A DNA stretch of 63,209 nt, the filler included, from Octopus bimaculoides (Eukaryota), in NCBI RefSeq assembly GCF_001194135.2. It is 4 parts of 4 records of this genome, joined end to end, with 100 filler letters (N's around TTAATTAATTAA, not from the genome) between each part and the next. Parts side by side here need not be neighbours in the genome. Positions count along the whole stretch, not along the records: positions 29,853 to 57,764 come from NC_068981.1; 3 more parts are not named here. One strand, written 5' to 3'. The notes below the pieces were generated by a model. That model searched no databases and had not been told where the DNA came from. It saw only the letters and a list, made by a program, of their open reading frames with translations. Positions 40,673 to 53,026 of this stretch are shown in pieces. Each line of letters opens with the position of its first letter. The first letter of the stretch is position 1. A program made the position numbers and the translations under genes.

Positions 40673-41199
40673 ACACACACTCATGCACACACACACAGAG
40701 TACAAATGTACGTATACATACCTGCGTACACACATGCACACATACAAAGTAAAAAACACACAATACAAACACACACACAACCTGTTCCTAACTGGAATGC
40801 TTTTGATCACAAATGCTTCGTTCAATCAAGGTTAATTTGTGTCCAGACAACATCAGCAACAGCTACAATAATAAAACTCACGGATAAATATTACAATAAA
40901 TAAATAAAAAATGTTAAATATGTCCAACAGAGGAAGCAGTTGTGGGACGACCGCACTGGTGCAAGAATGTGGTTTATGAACGGAGAACGAGCGTCACGGG
41001 TCAGCCATGATAGAGCAAGCTTTTGATCAAGAGGTGTCCTTGTGGTGAATATTGTGTCCTTTTGTCTCACACTGCTAGAAACAACTGCCAAATTTCTTTC
41101 AGATCAAATCACATTATCTGAAAATTAGATGACTGGATTCTTCTCTGTTAGAACTGAACTGAGGCTAAGTTATAAGTAGTAGTAGCACTAGTAACAGTG

Positions 41200-41242
<43 letters not shown>

Positions 41243-41266
41243 GAGGAGGAGGAGGANNNNNNNNNN

Positions 41267-41315
<49 letters not shown>

Positions 41316-41440
41316 ATATGTATGTATGTATGTATCTATGGATAAATGTATGTATATATGTATGTTTGTATGTATGAATGTATGTATGTAATTATGTATG
41401 TACGTTTGCATGTTTGTACGTACGTATATATGTATGTATG

Positions 41441-41474
<34 letters not shown>

Positions 41475-41839
41475 TGTATGTATGTATGTATATAAATACA
41501 TATGCATATATTCAGTGTAGCCTTGGTTATTATTCGTTGTGTACATTGTTAAGACAAAATGCATAAATTATATTTCTTGTAGGTTAATCTAGGATTGAAT
41601 GGCGAATTCATATTTAGCATATTGAAAGAAACTAAATTTGTAAATACAAAGAGTAATCTCATGAGAAAGAAAAGAGGTTTTGTGAAAGCGCCGGGGCGTA
41701 TTCTAATTATCACGCTTCGTTTTGTTTAAAAATGCAAGCATAGAATCGTCATTCAATCTTAAATTAAATAATAATGAGCTTCATTTAATTGTCGAACTTG
41801 CAGATGAAGTAAACAACATATTGAATGGACAAATTTTGC

Positions 41840-42240
41840 GTCGATTTCCACGATGACTATTCAGTTGCACGATTTCCTGAGCAGCCTACCTGATAGCTTA
41901 ATGTGTAATCGATTGAGTAAATACCCTTAACACTTCGCCAACCAATTCCATTTAGTGTCATGTTAAGAATATAACTTGGCAAGTCACCGGTGACTTCCAG
42001 GTAAATAGAATATTAACGTAATTTTTATGCTGTATCAAAGTGATAGAATATGTGCCAAGAAAGTACTTCTGAATTAGAGATAAAAACCACAGGGCAGGCT
42101 TCTACACAGTTTCCTTCAATCCAATATCACTCATAAGACGTGGGTCGAGCCGAGGTTAGGGTAGAACACACTCGCCAAGATGCCACGCTCTAGGATCGAA
42201 ACTGGAATGTCATGGATTTAATGCGAAATTATTAACAATG
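41840..42240 (-). mobile_element. Old chimeric A/C1 SINE
   Basis: C1-tail-like 41840-41935 and A-5'-like 42085-42240 in the expected order. Confidence 0.45.
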
Positions 42241-42284
42241 AAATGAAAATACCTCTCTCACAGGCTAGAGATTTCTGGAAATTA

Positions 42285-43130
42285 ACCATGGGTCCCAACG
42301 CCGAAGTCCTTCGGAGAAGAACTGCCAGTGGAATCTCGTCGATGCCCAGAGTTTCCATGCTCTTGCCCGTTACTGACCTTCCATAGAACACCAAACTGGA
42401 AATTCCACAGACTGCATTGCTCGATTGGCATAGGCCTGTAAGGGTCTAATGAGATTCTAGTTATCACGTGCTCTGTCTCATCTACGCTTGATCCAGTATT
42501 GCAGCTCTGCCTAAGACATAAGCTATTGAAAAACGAGTCTGACAAAAGGCTATCACACCTATACACCGTCAAGAAAACGCTGGAGATGTCTCAGCTACAA
42601 TGCATGTCTACGCATCATCAGCCACGGCCTGCTCAGCCCTCTACTCAGCGAGTGTTGACCACAAATGAAGTGCCTAACCAATGGAACACGTCCCTTCTAC
42701 ATAAAGCCGAAAAGCAGGCGCTCCTGTCCGGTGAAAAGTGAACCGGGCAAAGGCACGACAGTCAATATATGACGGAGGCGATGTAAGCGACCTTTTAAGG
42801 GTAGCTTTCTCTCGATCTATGTGTGATCCCCATTAGTGCTACCACTCCTGTACTGGCAAAACTGGGAATTATTCCGTTCTTCTGCATCTGTGCTAAGAGG
42901 TCTCCAAGCAAGTCTGGCATAAAAGTAAAGCTCATTGGATAGACCATTTAAACCAGGCCATTTTCTTGCCGTGCAACTAACCACTACTTCCCTTATTTCT
43001 GCGGCTATAAGATATTCGTAACACTCCGCCCCTTTTATTTTAAAGTGGCCGCCGTCGAGGTATGCACTGAAATTCATCCTGCGTTCCGGCTCGCCATTCG
43101 TCTCGAACAGTTGACTGAAGTGCTACTGAG
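42285..43130 (-). mobile_element. L1/Tx1-like LINE ORF2 remnant, internally deleted
   Basis: Minus-strand AECYEYLIAAEIREVVVSCTARKWPGLNGLSNELY (cf. KSPGxDGLxxExY) and NGIIPSFASTGVVAL; downstream Cys-containing segment ...VDETEHVI. Confidence 0.6.
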
Positions 43131-43924
43131 AAGGTGTATTCATCTGCTTAGAGTTAAGTAACATACAACTATTATAGTCCATCAAAGACCGAATTGTCGC
43201 TTTGTTACGACATTGTACCACCTCACTCGAACCCACCAAACGGCTTTCCTATCTTCGTGTCTTGGCTCTAATAATGCAAACTTCGGCAACGTTGAAGAAT
43301 TGGTCGAAGCTTAATCTCGCCACGAGCAAATTAGTGTGAGTGCCTTTTCTAGCGTCCTAACATCTCTTCTAAGTTTCTATGTCTCCTTATATTCTATTTT
43401 CCGTTATCGTTACGAACTTAGTAAACCTTAACGATTCTACTCTAACCACATTTTCATCGCAAACCACCATTTATTGTTGATGATTGTCACCGTCAACTAC
43501 CATTTAACTAATTCACTATTTCGGTTTCTGTAAGCCATGCATACACTGGGTGTGAGGCATTCAACTTCTGAGTTGACTGTACAGATCACAAACATGTGAT
43601 CTAAGAAGATGGTTCGTAACGTAGATTCCTTCCGAAAAAAAACACAGCTGCTCTACTCAATCCCAGTACACCTGGAAAGAAAGAAATCTCGTATTCATCG
43701 AAAATGGGCATGAAAGCTTGTTGATCTCTTCTGTAACTATTACCAGGCAGAGAAAAGTGCCTGTTCTCCCCGACCAAAGGAAGGAGTCGGGCGATTTTCA
43801 CGTTGCACTCAAACGTTAACTGGATTCGACTAACTCGCGTAAGCAGCTATTCAACATAACTCCCCAAATCAACAATGCTTAGACACTTAACGAATGCGAA
43901 CAGAAAAGTTTTATTGCTGTCACC

Positions 43925-44130
43925 AAATAAATGTTTCTAAAATAGGCACAAGGTCAGAAATTTGTGGAAAGGAAAGAGGAGGAAAATTCGACTTTATCAT
44001 CCCCAGTACTTGACTGGTACTTCATTTTTTTTCAATCCCGGAAGGATGAAAAGTAAAATTAATCTCAGCGGCCTTTTAAAATCAGAAGGTAAAGACAAAA
44101 CAAAAATTCAAGTAAATACCAAAGGTATTT
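43925..44130 (-). mobile_element. SINE-B, diverged
   Basis: TAGGCACAAGG...CCCAGTACTTGACTGGTACTT...GGAAGGATGAAA. Confidence 0.7.
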
Positions 44131-44798
44131 TATCCGACACTAGCATTTGTGGCAATCAAATATTAGCATGGACGCCAGTCACTAGCACTTTAATGCAATA
44201 AATGTGGCAACTTAATACATAGTTAAAATAAAAGTAAGAAAAACAAAAAGAATATAACATTAAGATATTATATAGGGAAGCCAGCGACCTGAAGGTTTTC
44301 GTGACTGTGAAGTATTAAATATACAGTGATAAGGTAGCTTGGTTAAGTATTCTTAGCAGTGTATCGTTAAAGTTCAGCAATAGCTGTGACATGTCAAACT
44401 ACTATCTTTATTCTTAATGAATAATAATTACTTTGAGTCGACTTTAAAGCCACATATGGCTAAGAAGATTCCGAATAGATGCATTCCTATAGTAACGCAG
44501 ATTAGCAGGAAAACGTGCGAATAATCAATGATCGCATCTCTAATATCACTTAAAACAGTAAATGACTTAAATGGAATCATTTGTGTGCGTCTTCGGGTTT
44601 GTGTGCAGAAGTCGCGCACACATACACAGACTTATATATAAATATATAAATATAAATACTCACATATATATGTACGAATCAGCGTGATATGTATCTGATA
44701 TAGGTGTGTTTGTATGTGCGCCTCTCTCTCACACTCTTTCCTTTCTCTCTGTCCCTCACTCTCTCCCCCTCTCTCTCTCCCTCTCTCCCCCCTCCCCC

Positions 44799-44829
<31 letters not shown>

Positions 44830-44891
44830 AATATATATATGAAACCAATGGTAGCCTTAATTCACAAATAAAGAAATTATATCCACAATGT

Positions 44892-45216
44892 GAGGGCGCA
44901 TGGCTCAGTGGTTAGAGCGTTGAGCTTACGATTGTGAGGTTGTGAGTTCGATTCCCGGACCGGGCTGCGTGTTGTGTTCTTGAGCAAGACACTTTATTTC
45001 ACGTTGCTCCAGTTCACTCAGCTGTAGAAATGAGTTGCGACATCACTGATGCGAAGGTGTATCAACCTTTGCCTTTCCCTTGGATAACATCAGTGGTGTG
45101 GAAAGGGGAAGCTAGTATGCATGGGCGACTGCTGGCCTTCCCTAAACAACCTTGCTAGACTTGTACCTCGGAGGGTAACTTTCTAGGTGCAATCCCTCAT
45201 GACCAAAGGGGGTCTC
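44892..45216 (+). mobile_element. SINE-C2, near full length
   Basis: A box TGGCTCAGTGG 44901-11, B box GAGTTCGATTCC 44944-55, then TTGAGCAAGACACTTTATTTCACG core and C2 tail. Confidence 0.85.
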
Positions 45217-45225
45217 CTCCTATAC

Positions 45226-45289
<64 letters not shown>

Positions 45290-45879
45290 CCATAGAAAGA
45301 CAGAATGGACTAAACAGAGCAAGAGGAGATACTTAAGATGAAGAGTTGCTGAAAATAAATCTGCAGTGAAGAACGAATATATAGTGCGTGTGTTTATTTG
45401 GCAAGAAAGAAATGAGCGTCTCGAAATATAACAATATATACATACATACATATATATACATACACACATATCATGTATTAATACTTTGGTTCGTAAAGAG
45501 CTCCTTAAGGTATCATGGATGCAAAAGTACCGCCTGATCACATCTGGGACGCTAGTTTTTCACAAGCAGCCCGTACATCTTAAAATGCAGCATAAGGATA
45601 GATAGACATTTTTTTTTACACCATTGCTGATCATTTTGATGAGTCAAATATTGGTTTATGATCATCTGCTTTGGCTTTGATCTTAGGATTAGATTAAACT
45701 GACACACAGGCATAAGCAATAAATGAGTAGACAATCGATTATTATATAGTTGTTGCTATTATTATAATACCAGCGCTTCTACAGGGTTACTCGGCCTCCT
45801 ATAGAAATAACAGCCAAACGCCTCCAAAACTCTACAGTGTTGGACCTCTGTTGTACAAACTAGCATCTAGAAATAACAA

Positions 45880-46100
45880 TAATAATCCTTTCTACTAATG
45901 GCACAAAGCCTGAAATTTGAGGGGAGGGGACTAGTCGGTTACATCGATCCCAGTGTTTCACTGGTACTTAATTTATTGACTCCGAAAGAATGAAAGGCAA
46001 AGTGGACCTCGGTAGAATTAGAACACAAAACGTAAGGCCAGAAGAAATGCTGCCAAGTATTTTGTCCGGTGTGCTCAGGATACTGCCAGCTCGCTATCGA
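45880..46100 (-). mobile_element. SINE-B full length
   Basis: Tail AATAATCCTTTCTACT to head GCCAGCTCGC. Confidence 0.85.
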
Positions 46101-46323
46101 ATGAGGTATATTGTTCGATTTGAAATTATGGTAAAAGGCACTTAAGAACGTGGGATCGAATACGATACCAAGCTGTTGTGAAGCAAACTTCTTAAGCACT
46201 GGACCTTGTCAGTGCCTTGGATTGAGCCAAAAACTATTTTTATCAGAGAAAATGTGTATTTATTGATGTCAGTTTTTCTGTCAACTTAATAGATAAAAGA
46301 TCTTATCACAGTGTTCAAAGTTT

Positions 46324-46398
<75 letters not shown>

Positions 46399-46688
46399 NN
46401 NNNNNNNNNNNNNNNNNNNNNNNNNNNNNNNNNNNNNNNNNNNNNNNNNNNNNNNNNNNNNNNNNNNNNNNNNNNNNNNNNNNNNNNNNNNNNNNNNNNN
46501 NNNNNNNNNNNNNNNNNNNNNNNNNNNNNNNNNNNNNNNNNNNNNNNNNNNNNNNNNNNNNNNNNNNNNNNNNNNNNNNNNNNNNNNNNNNNNNNNNNNN
46601 NNNNNNNNNNNNNNNNNNNNNNNNNNNNNNNNNNNNNNNNNNNNNNNNNNNNNNNNNNNNNNNNNNNNNNNNNNNNNNNNNNNNNNNN

Positions 46689-46719
<31 letters not shown>

Positions 46720-46796
46720 GCAATGTCTATATATATATTCGTGCGTGTATATATATATATATATATATATACATCTAACATGATTTGTATATAAAA

Positions 46797-46844
<48 letters not shown>

Positions 46845-47189
46845 AAACACGTGCGCATTCAGTTTATGTATTTATTTAAATGATATTTGCTCCTTTAGCA
46901 ATTATTCTTATCTCAAATGACAGAAATATCATTAGTGTTATTAAGTATTATTATGACAAGAGACTCGGTAAACCTCAATCGTAAAACAACAGAAAATTGT
47001 AGTAATGGGTCGGTGAAGAGAAGTTAGAGTACAAGGACTCGTCACCTGAATATCTAATTAATCTGTGATACTGTGGCCCCTGTAAGACAATTAAACATAT
47101 ACAACTTTTCAAATTACCGATGCTGTATCCGTACGTGCGTTCAGGTATGGCAACACTAACATGATGGCGTAATTGTGAAGTAAATGAAG

Positions 47190-47508
47190 CTCCGTCGATG
47201 TCGACGATTATTAATCCAGTCGTTCAATCAACTGAATTGCGTTGCCTAGTCACAGAATTAGCCTGTTATCGGCTGAATACTCCACAAGCAAATACCCACT
47301 TAATTTACTTCTCAGCTTGACACAAGCTGTCCTCTTTGAACAAAAAGTACCTCGAAAACGACGGTCATTTCGGTTTCTGTCGACTCAATTTCATTAATAA
47401 AACTTGGTTCTACTCGAAGTTTCAGTAAGTGGCAGTTGGTCAAGATGCCGCCGGGGTACATCGAACTCTGGATCGAAAGATTGTGAAGCAAACTTAAGTA
47501 CTTGGCTA
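47190..47508 (-). mobile_element. Old chimeric A/C1 SINE
   Basis: CTCCGTCGATGTCGACG...GGCTGAATACTCCACA (C1 tail) contiguous with GACGGTCATTTCGGTTTCTGTC...CAAGATGCC (A 5' half). Confidence 0.6.
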
Positions 47509-47810
47509 TCTGTGTCTATATGATGGCATATGCTTATATACGTAACTATATACATAGCCACACTGACAAGAAAGTGCATATACATACATATATGCATGCA
47601 TGCATACATACATACATACATACATACATACATACATACATACATACATACATACACATGCACGGTCACACTAACATATTCACTTATGTTGTTATACTCA
47701 CATGATGAACTATACATAATTGTCGCACAAACATGATAGTCAGAATATACGCTCACATGTGTAGTCACACTATCAAATAAAGTAGATGTATATTCGCACC
47801 TACTGTATGC

Positions 47811-47842
<32 letters not shown>

Positions 47843-49584
47843 ATACATACACACAAACATGAGGAATATTACGTATATACACTCTCATGAGGAACTACTC
47901 TAAAATGATGGTGTGTGTGTGTGTGTATATATATNNNNNNNNNNNNNNNNNNNNNNNNNNNNNNNNNNNNNNNNNNNNNNNNNNNNNNNNNNNNNNNNNN
48001 NNNNNNNNNNNNNNNNNNNNNNNNNNNNNNNNNNNNNNNNNNNNNNNNNNNNNNNNNNNNNNNNNNNNNNNNNNNNNNNNNNNNNNNNNNNNNNNNNNNN
48101 NNNNNNNNNNNNNNNNNNNNNNNNNNNNNNNNNNNNNNNNNNNNNNNNNNNNNNNNNNNNNNNNNNNNNNNNNNNNNNNNNNNNNNNNNNNNNNNNNNNN
48201 NNNNNNNNNNNNNNNNNNNNNNNNNNNNNNNNNNNNNNNNNNNNNNNNNNNNNNNNNNNNNNNNNNNNNNNNNNNNNNNNNNNNNNNNNNNNNNNNNNNN
48301 NNNNNNNNNNNNNNNNNNNNNNNNNNNNNNNNNNNNNNNNNNNNNNNNNNNNNNNNNNNNNNNNNNNNNNNNNNNNNNNNNNNNNNNNNNNNNNNNNNNN
48401 NNNNNNNNNNNNNNNNNNNNNNNNNNNNNNNNNNNNNNNNNNNNNNNNNNNNNNNNNNNNNNNNNNNNNNNNNNNNNNNNNNNNNNNNNNNNNNNNNNNN
48501 NNNNNNNNNNNNNNNNNNNNNNNNNNNNNNNNNNNNNNNNNNNNNNNNNNNNNNNNNNNNNNNNNNNNNNNNNNNNNNNNNNNNNNNNNNNNNNNNNNNN
48601 NNNNNNNNNNNNNNNNNNNNNNNNNNNNNNNNNNNNNNNNNNNNNNNNNNNNNNNNNNNNNNNNNNNNNNNNNNNNNNNNNNNNNNNNNNNNNNNNNNNN
48701 NNNNNNNNNNNNNNNNNNNNNNNNNNNNNNNNNNNNNNNNNNNNNNNNNNNNNNNNNNNNNNNNNNNNNNNNNNNNNNNNNNNNNNNNNNNNNNNNNNNN
48801 NNNNNNNNNNNNNNNNNNNNNNNNNNNNNNNNNNNNNNNNNNNNNNNNNNNNNNNNNNNNNAAAGGGTCGGAAAGGTAGACAGAAAGAGAGAGCGAGAGA
48901 GCGAGAGATATTCATTTGTTTTTCCTTCGCTCATAACCAAGAATGTGTCCAGCCCGTCGCTATGGACCTATCCAATAGTCACTCCGCTCATTTCTTCTTT
49001 TCACAACGCTTCTAGAACTCCAATCCAGACACTAGTGCTCATATTCTTATTGGTTAGCTTCAGCTTAGACGTGATCAAAAGCAACCAGCCATGACCATAA
49101 CCATACCACCTATTACCTATGTGCATGGAAACCGGAGCCACATTATCAAACGTGTCCGTCAGGGTGATTTAGCTGCTGTGCCTAACAGGTTGTGTCACCA
49201 CCCAGAGGCTCCCCCAAGGTAATGTCCCTGCCTCTGTTTTTCGTTTTCCTGTGACTATTCAAGAGAAACGCTAACTGTGTCGATCTCTCCGCTTTCGGAA
49301 GCATGAGGCAAGCGCAACGGTCAAAGAAAAAAATTAATATAAATAAAAATATAAATACAAAAAAAAAAATAGTTAAGGAACACTTTGGAGATGGTCTAAC
49401 TAAAGAGGAAAATGTTAATTAGTGACAAAACCGAAAATCTATTCAATGGTTCCGGTAGACTTACTAAAACTGCTACACAACTTTAGCAGTTGGTTCCACT
49501 TAAAAAAAGCAAAGAAGATATATATATTTCCGAATAATCTGAGAAGAAAATCAAAAAATACTGTCATACTATATTACTTTCAGA

Positions 49585-50015
49585 AATATCCTTTTCCACT
49601 CTAGGCACAAGGCCCGAAATTTTGGGGAATGGGGCCAGTCGATTAGATCGACTCGAGTACGCAACTGGTACTTAATTTATCGACCCCGAAAGGATGAAAG
49701 GCAAACTCGGCCTCGGCGGAATTTGAACCCAGAACGTAAAGACAGACGAAATACCGCTAAGCATTTCGCCCGGTGTGGTAACTTTTCTTATTTCTTTATT
49801 GCCCACAAGGGGCATAGAGGGGACAAACAAGAACAGACAAAGTGATTAAGTCGATTACATCAACCCCAGTGCGTAACTCGTACTTAATTTATCAACTCCG
49901 AAAGGATAAAAGGCAAAGTCGACCTCGGCGGAATTTGAACTCAGAACGTAACGGCAGACGAAATACCGCTAAGCATTTCGCCCGGCGTGCTAACGTATCT
50001 GCCAGCTCGCCGCTT
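49585..50015 (-). mobile_element. SINE-B dimer with two different tails
   Basis: 49585-49783 has the usual tail; 49784-50015 has the alternative tail TTCTTATTTCTTTATTGCCCACAAGG. Confidence 0.85.
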
Positions 50016-50235
50016 TTACCTTCAGAAATATCTTTCCCATTCAAAAGGAAGAACGCTTATACTTCACTTAGCAATTTCTTTTTTCTCTTTCCTGCTGTAT
50101 GAATGAATCCCCAAATGGGTAAGGAAACGTGTAGAGACGTGTTGATATTTAAAAAAAGAATTGTAAACAGTGAGAAAACGAGAAAAAATTAAACAGAGTT
50201 GAAGGACAGCAGATAGAAAAGAACACCGTTAAACG

Positions 50236-50935
50236 TTTTACTCGTTTCAGTTAATGGACAGCGACCATGCTGGAGCACTACCTTGAAGGGTTTAGTTCAA
50301 TGGTTTTCAACCATTTAAAAAAATCTACGGACGCTATGGACCCCTTTGATTCTTATTTTACTCATGCGAACCCTCTTAGCCATTCTATTCTTAAAACATC
50401 CTATTGTATTTTTATTATTAAATATTATTAGGAATTTTATTTTTAAAAATCGTTAAAATGTGTTGTGTATTGTAGATGTTATAAGCAATTTATTGCTCAT
50501 AGATTTTAACAACAAAATCTTATATGCCTCCCCCCACCAAGGGCCATATGGGCCACGGTTGAGAACCACTGGTTTAGTCGAGAAAATTGACCCCCTTACT
50601 TAATTTCTTTAAAAAATTCTGTTACTTATTCTATCGAGCTTCTGTTACTGAAACACTAAATTACGGGGACGTAGACAAAGCAACACCGCTTATCAAGGGG
50701 AGGCGAGGGCAAGTACAAACATAAGGGGACACACACACATTATATATCCATGTATCTTTTATCTTTTGTCTTTTACTTGTTTCAGTCATTGAACTGCGGC
50801 CACGCTGGAGGACCGCCTTGAAGAATCTTAGTCGATCGAATCGACCTCATTACTTATTTCAATAAAGCCTGGTACTTATTCAAGCAGTCTCTTTTGACGA
50901 ACCGCTAAGTTCAGAAACACGCTAACACTTGTTTG
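50236..50935 (-). mobile_element. Two SINE-A 3' halves (first split by MITE; second 50762-50935)
   Basis: CCATGCTGGAGCAC...[MITE]...TTACGGGGACGTA; then CTTTTACTTGTTTCAGTCATT...AACCGCTAAGTT. Confidence 0.75.
50298..50571 (-). mobile_element. hAT-type MITE (274 bp) nested in a SINE-A copy
   Basis: TIRs CAATGGTTTTCAACC / GGTTGAGAACCACTG; 8-bp TSD GTTTAGTT (50290-97) / GTTTAGTC (50572-79). Confidence 0.88.
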
Positions 50936-51004
50936 AATCGCCGGTTGTACACGCACACGCACAAACACACACACTGAGGCGTGTGTGTGTCTGTGTGTCT
51001 GTGT

Positions 51005-51240
51005 ATGTGTATCTATGTGTGTCTCTTTGTGTTTGTGTTCGTCCTCCATCACCGCTTGACAAACGGTGTTGGTTTGTTTACGTCCCCGTAAATCAGCGAT
51101 TCGGCAAAATGTGGGTGGAGGTCGACAAAATAAGTATCAGGCTTAAAAATAACAGCATTGGGGTCGATTCGTTCGACTGAAATTCTTCAAGGCAAGGCCG
51201 CAATCTCATGACTAAAACAAGTTAGAGAATAAAAATCAAT
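51005..51240 (+). mobile_element. SINE-A 3' half, inverted relative to 50762-50935
   Basis: TTTACGTCCCCGTAA...GGGGTCGATTCGTTCGACT...CTTCAAGG. Confidence 0.75.
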
Positions 51241-51241
51241 A

Positions 51242-51285
<44 letters not shown>

Positions 51286-51916
51286 CATAAATATGTGTAT
51301 GTATATGATGACCGGGTGTTTAGTTCTAGTTTTATTATCGTTAAACAGGTGTAGATCATCCACGGGAAACTAAGTCCATCAATTATAGCTTTTTGTCCGT
51401 CGGACAAGAGGAGCAGAGGATGGAACTGCAAATTAACTGCTTGAAAATAGCTTGTTTGTTCGTATCTTACCGTCCATTTACACAGCTAGGTGGGTTGGGT
51501 CATTTGGGAATTAAATGTTCTTAATTCTTGGCCACGGACACACTGCAGTGTCAGGGATATGTCATGAACGTGACAACTACTCACTTAATTGCCAGCCAAT
51601 ATATATTCGCTTGGCCGGTTACTCCGTCAGGTAGAAAATGAAGGATGTCAAATGGAAAGAGACGAAGGGAAGAGGAGAGAAAGGTAAAAATGAATTGAGA
51701 GTAAGGGATAAAACAGAGCCAGACAAAAGGAATACAAATAATAAATGAAAACTAAAAAAAAACGAAATAATGAATGAGAGAAAGTGGAAGAGAAGGAAAG
51801 ATTAATAAGAAAGATGGAGAAAGAGAGGGGGAGAGAGCATAAAAGAATACGAGTATGGGACGAAAATAATGTATGTATGTATTTATGTTTGTATGTATAT
51901 ATCTATCTTTCTAACT

Positions 51917-51958
<42 letters not shown>

Positions 51959-52272
51959 GGCAAATAAGAAACTGGAGAGGATACAAAAACGACATACATC
52001 AGCTGTGATGTATGTCGTTTTGCATCATCTCCATTTTCTTATTTGGCATATAAATTAAGGGTAAACCACTTTTTAACCCTGGCCATATATAACACTCAAA
52101 TGCGAGATTGCCCACGCAATAACCAGCATTTGGGTATGAATAATTGGGTACACTACCTGCAGTATATTGGATAGATGCTATCCCTTAGTTGGTTGGCTTC
52201 CCAACCTAACTCTCACAGAATATATATATATATATAATGGAATAATTACTATGAAGCATTGTGTAGAGCATT

Positions 52273-52577
52273 TTGTATAAAGGGTCGTGGGTAAGGCCAA
52301 AACAATTCGAAGTATATGCAAGGTAAATCACAAGAAAACAAATATGTGAATTAATGTAGATTTACCTTGTATTTAATATTTCGGGGTTATGACCCCATTT
52401 TCAAGAAATTGACGTTAGTTTCTTGAAAATGGGGTCATAACACCGACCGAAATATTCAATATATGAATTTATGTAGACTTATCTTACAGTCTACATAAAT
52501 TCATATATTTGTTTTCTTGTGATTTACCTTGCATTTACTTTGCATTGTTTTGGCCTTACCCACGATCCTTTATACAA
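52273..52577. mobile_element. Foldback MITE-like element with nested palindromes
   Basis: 88-bp inverted arms 52273-52360 / 52490-52577 (about 6 mismatches) plus internal perfect stems of 23 bp and 22 bp. Confidence 0.8.
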
Positions 52578-52613
<36 letters not shown>

Positions 52614-52618
52614 TGCAT

Positions 52619-52657
<39 letters not shown>

Positions 52658-53026
52658 GATAGATATATACATATATATATGTATATATGTATACACACAT
52701 ACACGCATACACACACACACATATATACATATATACATATCATGGACGGGTGTGTTTGTAACATGCAGATAGAGGAAAAAAGGCAAGAGAATGTATGGAA
52801 GAAACATAGAGAAAATAATATATGAAAGAGCAACTATAAAAAACGGGAGAAAATATGACAAATTATGATTGAAGGTAATCCATCGAAGATACAGAGAAAA
52901 TGTTCTTTGCTTCAAACTAATGAGAATACAGAGAAAACTTATGATATTGAGGAAAGACTGATTTTGTGAATGCAATCACATCTCTGACTTTTGCTTTCTC
53001 TGTTTCTGTCTTTCTCTCTTTCACAG

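Noticed and set aside
44892-44965. tRNA gene
   Set aside because: A and B boxes are present but the acceptor stem does not pair and the sequence continues into SINE body. The same applies to 29255-29320 and the other heads.
49091-49218. ATG-initiated candidate exon ending AG|GTAATG
   Set aside because: It ends in phase 2, which is incompatible with both downstream exons in the kinase frame, and the peptide has no recognisable similarity.
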